This document shows positions 22,251 through 30,599 of a stretch of DNA of 32,000 nt, one piece after another; position 1 is the first letter of the stretch, and the number at the start of each line of letters is the position of its first letter. This DNA is from Wolbachia endosymbiont of Drosophila innubila (GTDB lineage Bacteria > Pseudomonadota > Alphaproteobacteria > Rickettsiales > Anaplasmataceae), in NCBI RefSeq assembly GCF_021378375.1, contig NZ_CP076228.1, forward strand, positions 510,001-542,000. The letters run 5' to 3'. The translations under genes were made by a program, and so were the position numbers. The notes under the pieces were generated by a model that did not search any database, was not told the DNA's origin, and saw only the letters and a program-made list of their open reading frames with translations.

Positions 22251-23728
22251 ATCGCTAGCTCTTCACCATCATTAGATGATACCTCAACATCACTTAAAAT
22301 AGAACTGCACTCACTTGTTTTCTCACTTTCGAATTCAATAAACATTTTCTTTTCAAGTGCTTCTTCTATGTACTTCTGAGTTAAATTACTCATTGCTATT
22401 GCAGCTATGAGCGCAACTATTCCCACCATTACCGCAGCTATAATGTTAGGGTAAATTCCCACTATCACTATTGCACATACTGTTATAGAAACACAGACGA
22501 TATTGATATATTTCTTTATTTTTTTGTCTGCTATTTTCCTTTCTTCAAAATATTTATTGCTCAATAAATGAAATGTTGGAAAGTTCTTCTGTCTTCCAAA
22601 TAACACTATTTCCTTCTCTTTGCTCAGTAATTTTATTAATTTTGCGTTGTTCGTTATTATTGCATACTGAAAAACATCCGTGGCATCTGCTCCTCTCTTT
22701 AGCAACAACTTTACTACGTTAAAGTGACCATGCTTTACAGCAACATAAATTCCCGTTTTTCCACTCTCATCTACAGCATCTATTTCAACTCCTTCACCAA
22801 GAATACCGTCTATTAGGTCTTCATATCCTTTTCTGGCAGCTAAATGAAGCAAACTGTTTTTATCAGCTCTGTATCTATTACTTGCTAAAATCTTTACTAT
22901 ATCTAATCTATTTGCTTCTTTTGCATAACAAAATGGTGTCTTGCCATTATCATCCTTAATTAAAGGATCTATATCTTCTCGCGTTAGTAAAACTTCTATT
23001 GTTTTCAGCCTTTCAGCATAATGTAGTGGCGTTTTATTTTCATAATCTTGTAAGTTAACCCCAGCATTAGGAACATTTATTAAGCATCTTACAATATCTA
23101 AACATAAGTCCCTTTCGTCGTAATTACTACTACTTATAGCTACGTGCAAAGAAGACAATTTCATTGCATTTCTGCCGCTGCCAACTACATTAACATTCGC
23201 ACCAAGATTTGAAAGTAATTTTACTACTCCTAGCTTCTTGTTGTTTACTGCATAATGAATTGCTGCATGATTTCTCGCATCAAGAACATCTTTGTCCGCA
23301 TTTCCTTCTCTAATTAAAATTTCTACTATTTGTTCATGCCCAGCTCCTGCCGCTAAGTGTAACGGTGTATGTAGTAAAGCATTCTGCTCATTAACATTAG
23401 TCCCTTTGTCGAGTAAAAACCTTACAGCATTTGCTTCATTCAACATCGCAGCTAAGTGAAGTAAGCTATCTTTCTCCAATCCATATTTGTGATTGATTAG
23501 TGCTTGTAATATCTCTTCTCTTGCACAATCCAGCGCACTTTTACCATTATCATCAGTGATCAGTAGATTAATATTTTTCCTATTTAGTAAGAGAGCAACC
23601 ATACTAAGCTCGTTAATTTCTACTGCATAATGTAGTGGGGTTTTCCCATTTAATCCTCTAACATTTACATCCACTCCTGGTTGATTAATAAGACACTTTA
23701 TTAATTCTAAACTTAAGTTAGCAGACAT
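22247..23728 (-). CDS. Ankyrin-repeat protein with C-terminal double transmembrane anchor
   Basis: 493 aa with about 10 ANK repeats (recurrent G.TPLH.A...G....V..LL..GA..N). The hydrophobic stretch IVCVSITVCAIVIVGIYPNIIAAVMVGIVALIAAIAM is followed by an acidic tail. The stop overlaps the terminase ATG (ATGA). Confidence 0.9.
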   Translation of the reverse strand: MSANLSLELIKCLINQPGVDVNVRGLNGKTPLHYAVEINELSMVALLLNRKNINLLITDDNGKSALDCAREEILQALINHKYGLEKDSLLHLAAMLNEANAVRFLLDKGTNVNEQNALLHTPLHLAAGAGHEQIVEILIREGNADKDVLDARNHAAIHYAVNNKKLGVVKLLSNLGANVNVVGSGRNAMKLSSLHVAISSSNYDERDLCLDIVRCLINVPNAGVNLQDYENKTPLHYAERLKTIEVLLTREDIDPLIKDDNGKTPFCYAKEANRLDIVKILASNRYRADKNSLLHLAARKGYEDLIDGILGEGVEIDAVDESGKTGIYVAVKHGHFNVVKLLLKRGADATDVFQYAIITNNAKLIKLLSKEKEIVLFGRQKNFPTFHLLSNKYFEERKIADKKIKKYINIVCVSITVCAIVIVGIYPNIIAAVMVGIVALIAAIAMSNLTQKYIEEALEKKMFIEFESEKTSECSSILSDVEVSSNDGEELAI

Positions 23729-23731
23729 TAT

Positions 23732-24256
23732 TTAAAACTTAATATTAGATAATTCTTGTAATGAGTTTGTAATCTCTTCGGTTAGCGCCATATGAATCTT
23801 TTCAGTGTCACTCAGTGATGCAAGCAGTGCTGAAACTCTATTTGGAATATTAAGCAAATTATTACGTATAACTCTTGCTACATTAAATGCATCGCGCTTT
23901 ACTTCCTCTACTGCTACAAGTTCACCAATCTCAGCCTTAGCTTTCGCCTCAAGAAGTTTACCTCGTTCCATTTCATTTTTTATTCGAGTTTTTAGCAACA
24001 TCGTGGAAAGGTTACTTGTATTTTCGTTTTCTGGATTTTTCCTCCTAAGTGGCTGACTTGGATCTCTTATTGCCGCTACTGCTTCATTTGCTTGTTCTCT
24101 ATTTACCAAACCATTCTCCAACTCAATTATTCCTTTTTTTACTAAATAACAGACATATTGCTTTGAAACTCCTATCTCTCTTGCCCATTCCGTTTGTGTG
24201 ATCTTTTCCACTTCTTTTGCCCCTTTATTGCTGTTTTTCTTCTTGAATTTGTGCAA
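23732..24256 (-). CDS. Terminase small subunit-like HTH DNA-binding protein
   Basis: 174 aa with an N-terminal HTH (TQTEWAREIGVSKQYVCYLVKKGI) resembling Nu1-type small terminases, followed by a coiled-coil. It lies 3 nt upstream of the ankyrin gene. Confidence 0.5.
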   Translation of the reverse strand: MHKFKKKNSNKGAKEVEKITQTEWAREIGVSKQYVCYLVKKGIIELENGLVNREQANEAVAAIRDPSQPLRRKNPENENTSNLSTMLLKTRIKNEMERGKLLEAKAKAEIGELVAVEEVKRDAFNVARVIRNNLLNIPNRVSALLASLSDTEKIHMALTEEITNSLQELSNIKF

Positions 24257-25452
24257 AAGTTTTGCCAGTACCAGAAAGAATTGCTTCCCTACCTGTGTAT
24301 ACTTGCCAACGTTTTATCGTTACATCTACAAATTTTGAATCTAGCTCTATTGTTCTGCAAATTCTTCCTGTTCTCTCACATGCAATCAGTGTGCTGCCAG
24401 AACCGCTAAATGGATCAAGTACAGTATCCCCAGGTCTGCTGCTATTAACTATTGCTTTCTCCATTAGCTCTACTGGCTTCATTGTTGGGTGCAGTGAGTT
24501 ATGTATTGGCTTATCATAAAACCATAGATCACTTTGATTTCTACCTCCATGCCACTCACGTTTAATTGCCGCTTTTCCATCCATAGAGCATTGCTTCGTA
24601 TTGTCTTTGATAATCAGACCTGCCTAGCGTAAAATGATTCTTTGCCCAAATGATAAATGTTGACCATTTTCCTCCTGCTTCCTCAAATGCTTTTTGCAGC
24701 GTTGAAAACTCTGATGATGATATGCAGATGTAAATTGCTCCTTTCGTATATGCTAAAATATTGGAACAGATGTCGTAGAGAAAAAGCTCATACTTTTCAC
24801 CTTGATTATCATTCAATATTTTTTTATCTTCTCTCTCCCGGCTACTACCATAATCAACGTTATATGGAGGATCACAAACAGTAATATCTGCCATTTTATC
24901 ATCTAATACTGCTTTAAATGATTCAACTACGCAGCTATCACCGCAATAGATTCTATGATCACCTAAAATCCATAAATCCCCTGGTTTTGCTATTTCTACC
25001 TTTTTATCAATTAACTCCAAAACTCCTCTTTCTACTTCTTCTTTTCCATCAAAATCATCGAGAAAACGTTGAACTTTTTCCAATTCAAATCCAGTCATTT
25101 TAAGATCAAACTGCAAATCTTCTAACTCTTGAATTTCCACTTTCAAAAGCTCATCGTCCCACTTTGCCCAGTTAGCTGATTGATTTGCCAGTAACCGAAA
25201 AGCTTTAGTTTGTGGTTCATTTAAATTATCACTTAAGACCACTGGAATACTCTCCATACCAAGTTTTCTTGCTGCTTTAAGTCTTAAATGACCATCAACC
25301 ACAGTTCCATCGCTTTTTGCAACTATTGGTATACGAAAGCCAAATTCCCTGATTGAAGCGCACATTCTATTTACTACATCATCATTTTTACGAGGATTAC
25401 GCTTATATTCGACGAGGTTTTCAACAGGATAGTAGTGGATTGCTAAATTCAT
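24225..25452 (-). pseudogene. ParB-like nuclease domain / DNA methyltransferase (N6_N4 MTase) fusion, frameshifted
   Basis: ORF 24562..25491 has a ParB N-terminal domain (NPRKND, VDGHLRLKAA) plus the MTase DPPY motif. ORF 24225..24584 has the SAM-binding end (HPTMKPVEL, VLDPFSGSGST). The frames switch at tggaaaagcgg, near 24570-24580. The likely start is ATG 25452, which follows an aagga. Confidence 0.8.
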
Positions 25453-25565
25453 ATAACTTAAATCCTTAATAATTAAAAAGTTAATATTCAAAATATCTCT
25501 GACGCTAAAGAAGGCCTGGGGTTGAACCCACCAAATCCGCCATTCTGGCTGAAAGGACCCACTTT

Positions 25566-26021
25566 TTATGGATTTTTCGTCTTATTAATATCTTTACTAA
25601 TATAGAACATTAATGCCAAAGCATCGGCCTCATTATCATCTCTAGGTGAAAAACTTTTTTCACGTATCGCTTCAATAACTTCACTCTTACTTGCATTGCC
25701 TTTGCCTGCTATAAAGCGTTTTATAGTTTTAACATTAACACCTTGGTAGGGAATATTGTTCTCTTCACACCAAGCAGACAGCACTGCAAGAAACCCACCG
25801 TAGCAATGGGCTGCATCAGTTCCTAAATGTCTTCTCACCTCCTCAAAGTACACTGCAGAAATGTCTTTCAAAGAATTGAGCCAATTGCAAAAGTTTAAGA
25901 AACACATTCCACCTCCGCTGAAACGACTACCATGAAAGCTTTTGCTCCCACTTTCAATTATTCCATCTGTTAGAATTGCCCAGCCTGTTTGCTTGCCGAG
26001 ATCTAGCGTTAAGATTGACGT
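25566..26021 (-). CDS. RuvC-like Holliday junction resolvase, apparently lacking a canonical start codon
   Basis: The frame is open from 26048. The N-terminal SILTLDLGKQTGWAIL segment, which carries the first catalytic Asp, lies upstream of the only ATG (25907). A Shine-Dalgarno aaggag (26034..26029) sits 7 nt before an ACG at 26021. Confidence 0.6.
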   Translation of the reverse strand, partial: TSILTLDLGKQTGWAILTDGIIESGSKSFHGSRFSGGGMCFLNFCNWLNSLKDISAVYFEEVRRHLGTDAAHCYGGFLAVLSAWCEENNIPYQGVNVKTIKRFIAGKGNASKSEVIEAIREKSFSPRDDNEADALALMFYISKDINKTKNP

Positions 26022-26063
26022 ACAAAAACTCCTTTGTGTAATTAAAGTTCAATGCCCTGTATA

Positions 26064-26113
26064 ATATATATGTACGATGACTCGCAAATTCGTCCGCAAT
26101 TTTGAAAAAAAAA
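26064..26113 (-). promoter_or_regulatory. Copy A of a ~50 bp conserved element, facing the RuvC/MTase/packaging operon
   Basis: The reverse complement is T9-caaa-ATTGCGGACGAATT-tgcga-GTCATCGTACATATATAT. This matches copy B in two perfect blocks of 14 and 18 bp plus the T9 run. Confidence 0.55.
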
Positions 26114-26378
26114 TTAAAAAAAATTTCATATCCTGCCATTTGAGTTTTTACTTATCTTAATAATTATTTTACATAACTTATATTACGCCAATATTTATAT
26201 TATTATATTATCATATATTATATTTTACCTGTATTTAAATATATATATAATATATATAAGACTTCAGTAATCCGTAAATCCTCTTCACTGGCCGATTTTA
26301 GCCACTTAACTTTAGAAACGGCTTTTAGGAATAGAACATAAAAAAGACAATATTATCAATAACTTAACGATTACTGCT

Positions 26379-26406
26379 TTCTGAAATACTAATTAGTAAT
26401 TCAGAA
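26379..26406. promoter_or_regulatory. 28 bp near-perfect palindrome (candidate operator)
   Basis: ttctgaaatactaattagtaattcagaa is palindromic with 13 of 14 pairs, lying in the AT-rich spacer about 190 bp upstream of the sigma-factor gene. Confidence 0.35.
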
Positions 26407-26598
26407 ATTAGGTACGAAATTGGTAGTTTTTTACCTATGAAAAAGTAGCTTCAGTAGTGTATCAAAACGTTTAAATCTTATTTTAATTTTTAAAGATTTT
26501 ATTCTTTTAGATAAAAAAATTATTACTACTTTTTTATAATAAATTAGTCATACAAAGTCTTGGTAAAAATCTCTATTCATGAAACTTTTGGAGTTTTT

Positions 26599-27093
26599 AT
26601 GAAGAATTCTTATCAAGGAATCGATTCTACAATTGTTAAACATGTGAGATTTCAAGCTTCGCGCCTTAAATCCAAAAGCTGTTTTATTAACGAAAGTCTC
26701 GAAGATATAGAACAAGAGCTTTTTTGTCAGGTTTGGCAATATCTTAACCGGCACGATGAGAAAAGAAGTAGTTTTAGTACTTTCGTTGCTAGATTAGCTA
26801 ATTATTGTGCTCGCAATATGTTACGCAATCAGTTATGTCTAAAACGTAATATAACTTTTGATGATATAAACGACGATATTCCAGATCATAGGAACTCGGA
26901 AATCGAAGCGATAATTCGCACTGATATAAATAATATAATTTCAACTTTGTCTGAAAAAGATAGTAATTTATGTCAATTACTTAAGGTATTTACTATTACT
27001 GAAGTTTCTGTAATAACCAAAATACCAAAGACAACTATCTATCGCACACTAGAACGAATACGCAATAAATTCTCAGTTTTAGAGAAGTTATAA
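26599..27093 (+). CDS. Sigma-70 family (ECF-like, regions 2 and 4) RNA polymerase sigma factor, phage-encoded
   Basis: Region 2-like EDIEQELFCQVWQYL...FSTFVARLANYCARNMLRN and a C-terminal region-4 HTH (ITEVSVITKIPKTTIYRTLERIRNKF). ATG 26599 follows a GGAG; the listed TTG at 26560 is less likely. Confidence 0.65.
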   Translation: MKNSYQGIDSTIVKHVRFQASRLKSKSCFINESLEDIEQELFCQVWQYLNRHDEKRSSFSTFVARLANYCARNMLRNQLCLKRNITFDDINDDIPDHRNSEIEAIIRTDINNIISTLSEKDSNLCQLLKVFTITEVSVITKIPKTTIYRTLERIRNKFSVLEKL

Positions 27094-27118
27094 GCTCTCG
27101 ATTATATTTGCTCAAAAA

Positions 27119-27169
27119 TTTTTTTTTGCAAATTGCGGACGAATTGCCTAGGTCATCGTACATATATAT
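27119..27169 (+). promoter_or_regulatory. Copy B of the ~50 bp conserved element, facing the replication operon
   Basis: T9-gcaa-ATTGCGGACGAATT-gcctag-GTCATCGTACATATATAT, ending 18 nt before ATG 27188 (Shine-Dalgarno gggag). Confidence 0.55.
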
Positions 27170-27187
27170 TTAGGTACTGGGAGAAAA

Positions 27188-28009
27188 ATGAAAATAATGA
27201 ACAGCAATGAACGGCTAAAAGTTCAAACAGGTATAAAAATGGTCATCTTTGGTCCTTATGGTATAGGTAAAACTAGTCTCTTAAAGACCATAAATGAACC
27301 AACACTTTGTCTTGATTTTGAGGCAGGTTTACTTGCCGTTCAAGATTGGCAAGGGGATTCTGTAAGTATTCGTACTTGGAATGAGGCAAGAGATATTGCA
27401 TGTCTCATAGGTGGTCCTAATCCTGCGTTAAAATCTGACTCAGCGTATAGCCAAAGACACTATGAGCATGTATCCAGTAAATACAAAGAGCTTTCTTCAG
27501 AGTTTCTCAAGTATCGATGTGTTTTTATCGATAGTATTACAGTAGCCTCTCGTTTATGTCTATTATGGGCAAAAATGCAACCTGAAGCTTTTTCTGAAAG
27601 ATCAGGAAAACAAGATATGAGAGCTGCTTACGGGTTACTTGCTCAAGAGATGATGGCTTGGCTCAATCAGTTTTAACATATTCCAAATAAAGACATCATT
27701 ACAGTTGGAACTCTTGGACAATACCTCGATGATTTCAATCGCTCGACTTGGCTACCTCAATGTGAAGGAGCTAAAACTGCAAGTGAAATTCCTGGGATAG
27801 TTGACGAAGTAATTAGTATGGTTGGAATCAAGAAAGATGATGGTACAGAGGTTCGTTCATTTGTCTGTCAGACGATTAATTCTTGGGAATATCCTGCTAA
27901 AGATCGAAGTGGTTGCCTTAATATGGTTGAAGAACCGCATCTAGGAAAACTTCTTAAAAAAATTAAAACTAAAGCTTTTGCAATTCAACCTGTCACGCCC
28001 AACATATAG
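27188..28009 (+). pseudogene. AAA_24 / Sak4-like phage ATPase interrupted by one in-frame TAA
   Basis: Walker A is FGPYGIGKTSLL. ORFs 27188..27676 and 27818..28009 are in the same frame, and the frame is open from 27677 onward, so the only break is TAA 27674..27676. Confidence 0.65.
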
Positions 28010-28020
28010 GAGGTTATTAT

Positions 28021-28809
28021 ATGCTACAAAACTTTTTAACTATTGGTCAAAAAATTCCTTTTTTCAGTGTGAAAGAATACTTGGACGATCGATCGCCAAC
28101 ACCAGAGGATATAATCTCACCAAGAATTTTAACAAAAAGAGGCTTATTGGTACTGGGTGGCCCACCTAAAATCGGCAAAAGCGACTTTTTGATTTCATGG
28201 CTCGTTCATATGGCTGCAGGTGTTTCTTTTCTTGGTATGGCTTCAAATAGACCTTTAAAAATTTTCTACATGCAAACTGAAATTGAATATGAATATATGA
28301 AAGAACGTTTGCAATAACTTGATAATGAACTTTTGAATGTAGCTGCTAACAACTTAATCATTACGCCAAAAGTGCACTTATCATTTAATCATGATGAAAT
28401 AAGTGAAATTAAGGAGATTGTAAATGAACGCTTTAAACCTGATGTTTTGGCCATAGATCCATTACGTAGCATCTTTAGCAGTGAATATGGGAATGAAAAT
28501 GATAATAGTGCTATGCTGTTCTTTCTGCAAAAGACTCTTGAGAAGCTACGCAGTGCTGTCAATCCAGATGCTTGTATTGTACTCACTCATCATACAAAAA
28601 AATTATCGAAAAAGATGCTCGAAGAAGATCCATTTCAAGGCCTAAGTGGTGCTGGATCTTTACGTGGATTTTACAGTACTGGTATGGTGATGTTTGCTCA
28701 TGATGAAGAAAGCAGTGCACGCCAGATAGTATTTGAGCTTCGCAATGGTGAACGCGTGCCAAACAAACTTGTCGATAAGATAAATGGTCATTGGCAGCTA
28801 ATGGAATAG
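28021..28809 (+). pseudogene. RepA-like (AAA_25) ATPase interrupted by one in-frame TAA
   Basis: Walker A is GGPPKIGKS. ORFs 28021..28317 and 28333..28809 are in the same frame. TAA 28315..28317 aligns with a Gln (RERIQQL) in the paralog at 29332..30582. Confidence 0.7.
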
Positions 28810-28846
28810 CTAACTTTCACTTTAAAGTCAACTTATAGGAGAGCGT

Positions 28847-29347
28847 ATGCTACAAGATTTTTTAACTGATTTTAATAATGCAAAACTGCAGAACAATTTA
28901 ATACCGAAAGGTACAATAGTCAAGGTAAAAATGGCAATAAAGCCTGGAGGTTATGAAAATTGGTTCACTAAAAACTACACTACTGGCAGTATCTATTTAA
29001 ATGTAGAATTTACCGTCACTGAAGGCTCATATGCAAAACGCAAGATTTTTCAGATTATAGGTATCAAAAATGGCAAAGCAGAAGGTGAAGAAGACATCTG
29101 GGGAGAATCTGGACGTTCTATGCTGCGTAGTATTTTGGAATCATCCAGAAATATTCATGCAAATGACACTTCAGAGAAAGCAGTGACTGCTAGAAGAATA
29201 AACTCTATAGCTGATTTCAACGATTTAGAGTTTACAGCAAAAGTAGGCATTGAAACTAATAATACATACGGAGATAGAAATAGGATTACTACAGTTATTA
29301 CTCCAGAATTACAAAAAAGTTTTCAAGATGATTGGTTGCCATTTTGA
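28847..29347 (+). CDS. Hypothetical phage protein, DUF669-like (candidate SSB partner of Sak4-type ATPases)
   Basis: 166 aa with the pattern LIPKGTIVKVKM...IYLNVEFTVTEGSYAKRKIF. Its position between the AAA_24 gene and the primase genes matches common phage synteny. The family call is from memory only. Confidence 0.4.
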   Translation: MLQDFLTDFNNAKLQNNLIPKGTIVKVKMAIKPGGYENWFTKNYTTGSIYLNVEFTVTEGSYAKRKIFQIIGIKNGKAEGEEDIWGESGRSMLRSILESSRNIHANDTSEKAVTARRINSIADFNDLEFTAKVGIETNNTYGDRNRITTVITPELQKSFQDDWLPF

Positions 29348-30582
29348 AGTATGACGAAGGAAAGTTGTGGGCTGCTGTTATTACTAGAGCTATTCAGGAT
29401 GCAGCAGGAAAAAACCCTAAACTTAAAAAAGAGGCTTGTCAATGGATTCGCTCACGATCTTTTGAAACTGTTTGTGAGCTGGCTAATCTTGACTTTAAAC
29501 GTCTAAAAAATATGTTGAACAAATTTGGAATAAACAAGGAGAATTTTATGGATTTTTCATCTAAAAATGCTTTGAAAATAAAATCATTATTAATTAATAA
29601 CATCAAAGATTGTTTATCTTATTTGTTACCTGAAGGCAAATCTTACCAAGATAAATTCTATATTGGCAGTAGAAATGGAAATAAGATAATAGTTGAAATG
29701 GAAGGAGAAAATGCAGGAAATTGTTACAACCTGATCGAAGAAAAGAAAGGAAATATAATAGACCTTTGGACTTTAGTTAAAGGTAATATAGATTCTGCTG
29801 AAACATGGTTGAACGGTAAAGATGAAAGAAGTTCCATATTACAAGAAAAACAAAACGAAGAAAAAGCATTTTCTGTAAACCATTACTTAAACGATAAATC
29901 ACCAATGCCAAAAGATATAATAGGCCCAAGAATTTTGACACCAGGTGGTCTTTTGGTCATAGGTGGTACTCCAAAGATTGGCAAAAGTCATTTTCTTCTT
30001 TCTCTATTAGTACATCTGGCAGCAGGAAGATCATTTCTTGGCATGAAGCCTACAAGACCACTAAAAATATTCTATCTACAAAACGAAATGGAATATGATT
30101 ACATTAGAGAACGTATACAACAACTCAACAAACTTCCTCATTTAGCAACAGAAAACTTAGTTGTGACGAACAAGATGAATTTGACCTTAAATGAAGAAGG
30201 TATAGAAAAAATAAAAAATATGGTAGAGGAAAAGTTTGATTTAGTTGTGATTGATTCTCCTTATAATTCCGTTAACTATGGTCTGCAGCATGCAATAGAA
30301 AAACTGCGTTCCAAGATTAATCCTATGGCTGGAATAATCATCATAAATCACACCAAAAAAGTATCTACCTCTACATTGGAAAAGAATCCATTTCAAGCTC
30401 TCGTTGGTGCTAACGCTTTAAGAAGTTTTTATACATCTGGAATAGTAATATTTCAACCCAATAAACGTACAAATATCTTACAAGTAGTATATGAACTTAG
30501 AAACGGTAGATCTATACCAACAAAATTCATCAATAAGATTAATGGATGTTGGAAAACTGCTAACGTTATAGCTAGAACATAA
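29332..30582 (+). CDS. Primase N-terminal-like domain fused to RepA-like (AAA_25) ATPase; no Toprim domain
   Basis: 416 aa from a TTG start. An internal ATG at 29548 follows a strong Shine-Dalgarno (aaggag), and from there the protein aligns to the start of the 30600 gene (CLSYLLP..DKFY.G...GN...V...G..AG...........G.I.DLW). Walker A is GGTPKIGKS and Walker B is VVIDSP. Confidence 0.6.
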   Translation: MVAILKYDEGKLWAAVITRAIQDAAGKNPKLKKEACQWIRSRSFETVCELANLDFKRLKNMLNKFGINKENFMDFSSKNALKIKSLLINNIKDCLSYLLPEGKSYQDKFYIGSRNGNKIIVEMEGENAGNCYNLIEEKKGNIIDLWTLVKGNIDSAETWLNGKDERSSILQEKQNEEKAFSVNHYLNDKSPMPKDIIGPRILTPGGLLVIGGTPKIGKSHFLLSLLVHLAAGRSFLGMKPTRPLKIFYLQNEMEYDYIRERIQQLNKLPHLATENLVVTNKMNLTLNEEGIEKIKNMVEEKFDLVVIDSPYNSVNYGLQHAIEKLRSKINPMAGIIIINHTKKVSTSTLEKNPFQALVGANALRSFYTSGIVIFQPNKRTNILQVVYELRNGRSIPTKFINKINGCWKTANVIART

Positions 30583-30599
30583 AAATTCTTCAGGTAGGT

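Noticed and set aside
15743-25103. Antisense ORFs within the prophage genes (15743..15970, 18016..18297, 18065..18268, 18273..18461, 19714..19977, 21779..21997, 23805..24056, 24194..24409, 24262..24519, 24657..24884, 24918..25103, and also 28389..28586)
   Set aside because: The reasoning is the same: they mirror well-supported minus-strand (or plus-strand) genes and have no motifs.
25495-25565. tRNA-like fragment (ggtgggttcaaccccagg on the minus strand) between the MTase and RuvC genes, possibly an att remnant
   Set aside because: The putative T-arm does not pair (GGTGG against CCCAG), and no acceptor or anticodon arms can be folded. I could not support a tRNA or a tRNA fragment.
25954-26139. 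Listed 61-aa minus-strand ORF upstream of the RuvC-like gene
   Set aside because: It is low-complexity (FFNFFFK...), overlaps the conserved regulatory repeat, and lies in a different frame from the recognisable RuvC N-terminus that occupies the same DNA.
26160-26260. AT-rich repetitive tract as a CRISPR array or tandem-repeat locus
   Set aside because: It has no regularly spaced repeats of 24-40 bp with unique spacers, only irregular TA-rich low-complexity sequence.
26064-27169. The sigma-factor cassette as a transposon or MITE-like insertion bounded by its inverted repeats
   Set aside because: No target-site duplication flanks the repeats (gtataat on the left, ttaggta on the right) and no transposase lies inside. 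The repeat ends are positioned like promoters relative to the outward genes. Inversion is kept only as an alternative within the finding.
27674-28317. Possibility that the two in-frame TAA codons reflect stop-codon reassignment or programmed readthrough in the phage
   Set aside because: Neighbouring phage genes in the same module use TAA as their genuine terminator (27091..27093 and 30580..30582). Host genes do the same. No suppressor tRNA is seen in the window. Simple nonsense mutation is far more likely.
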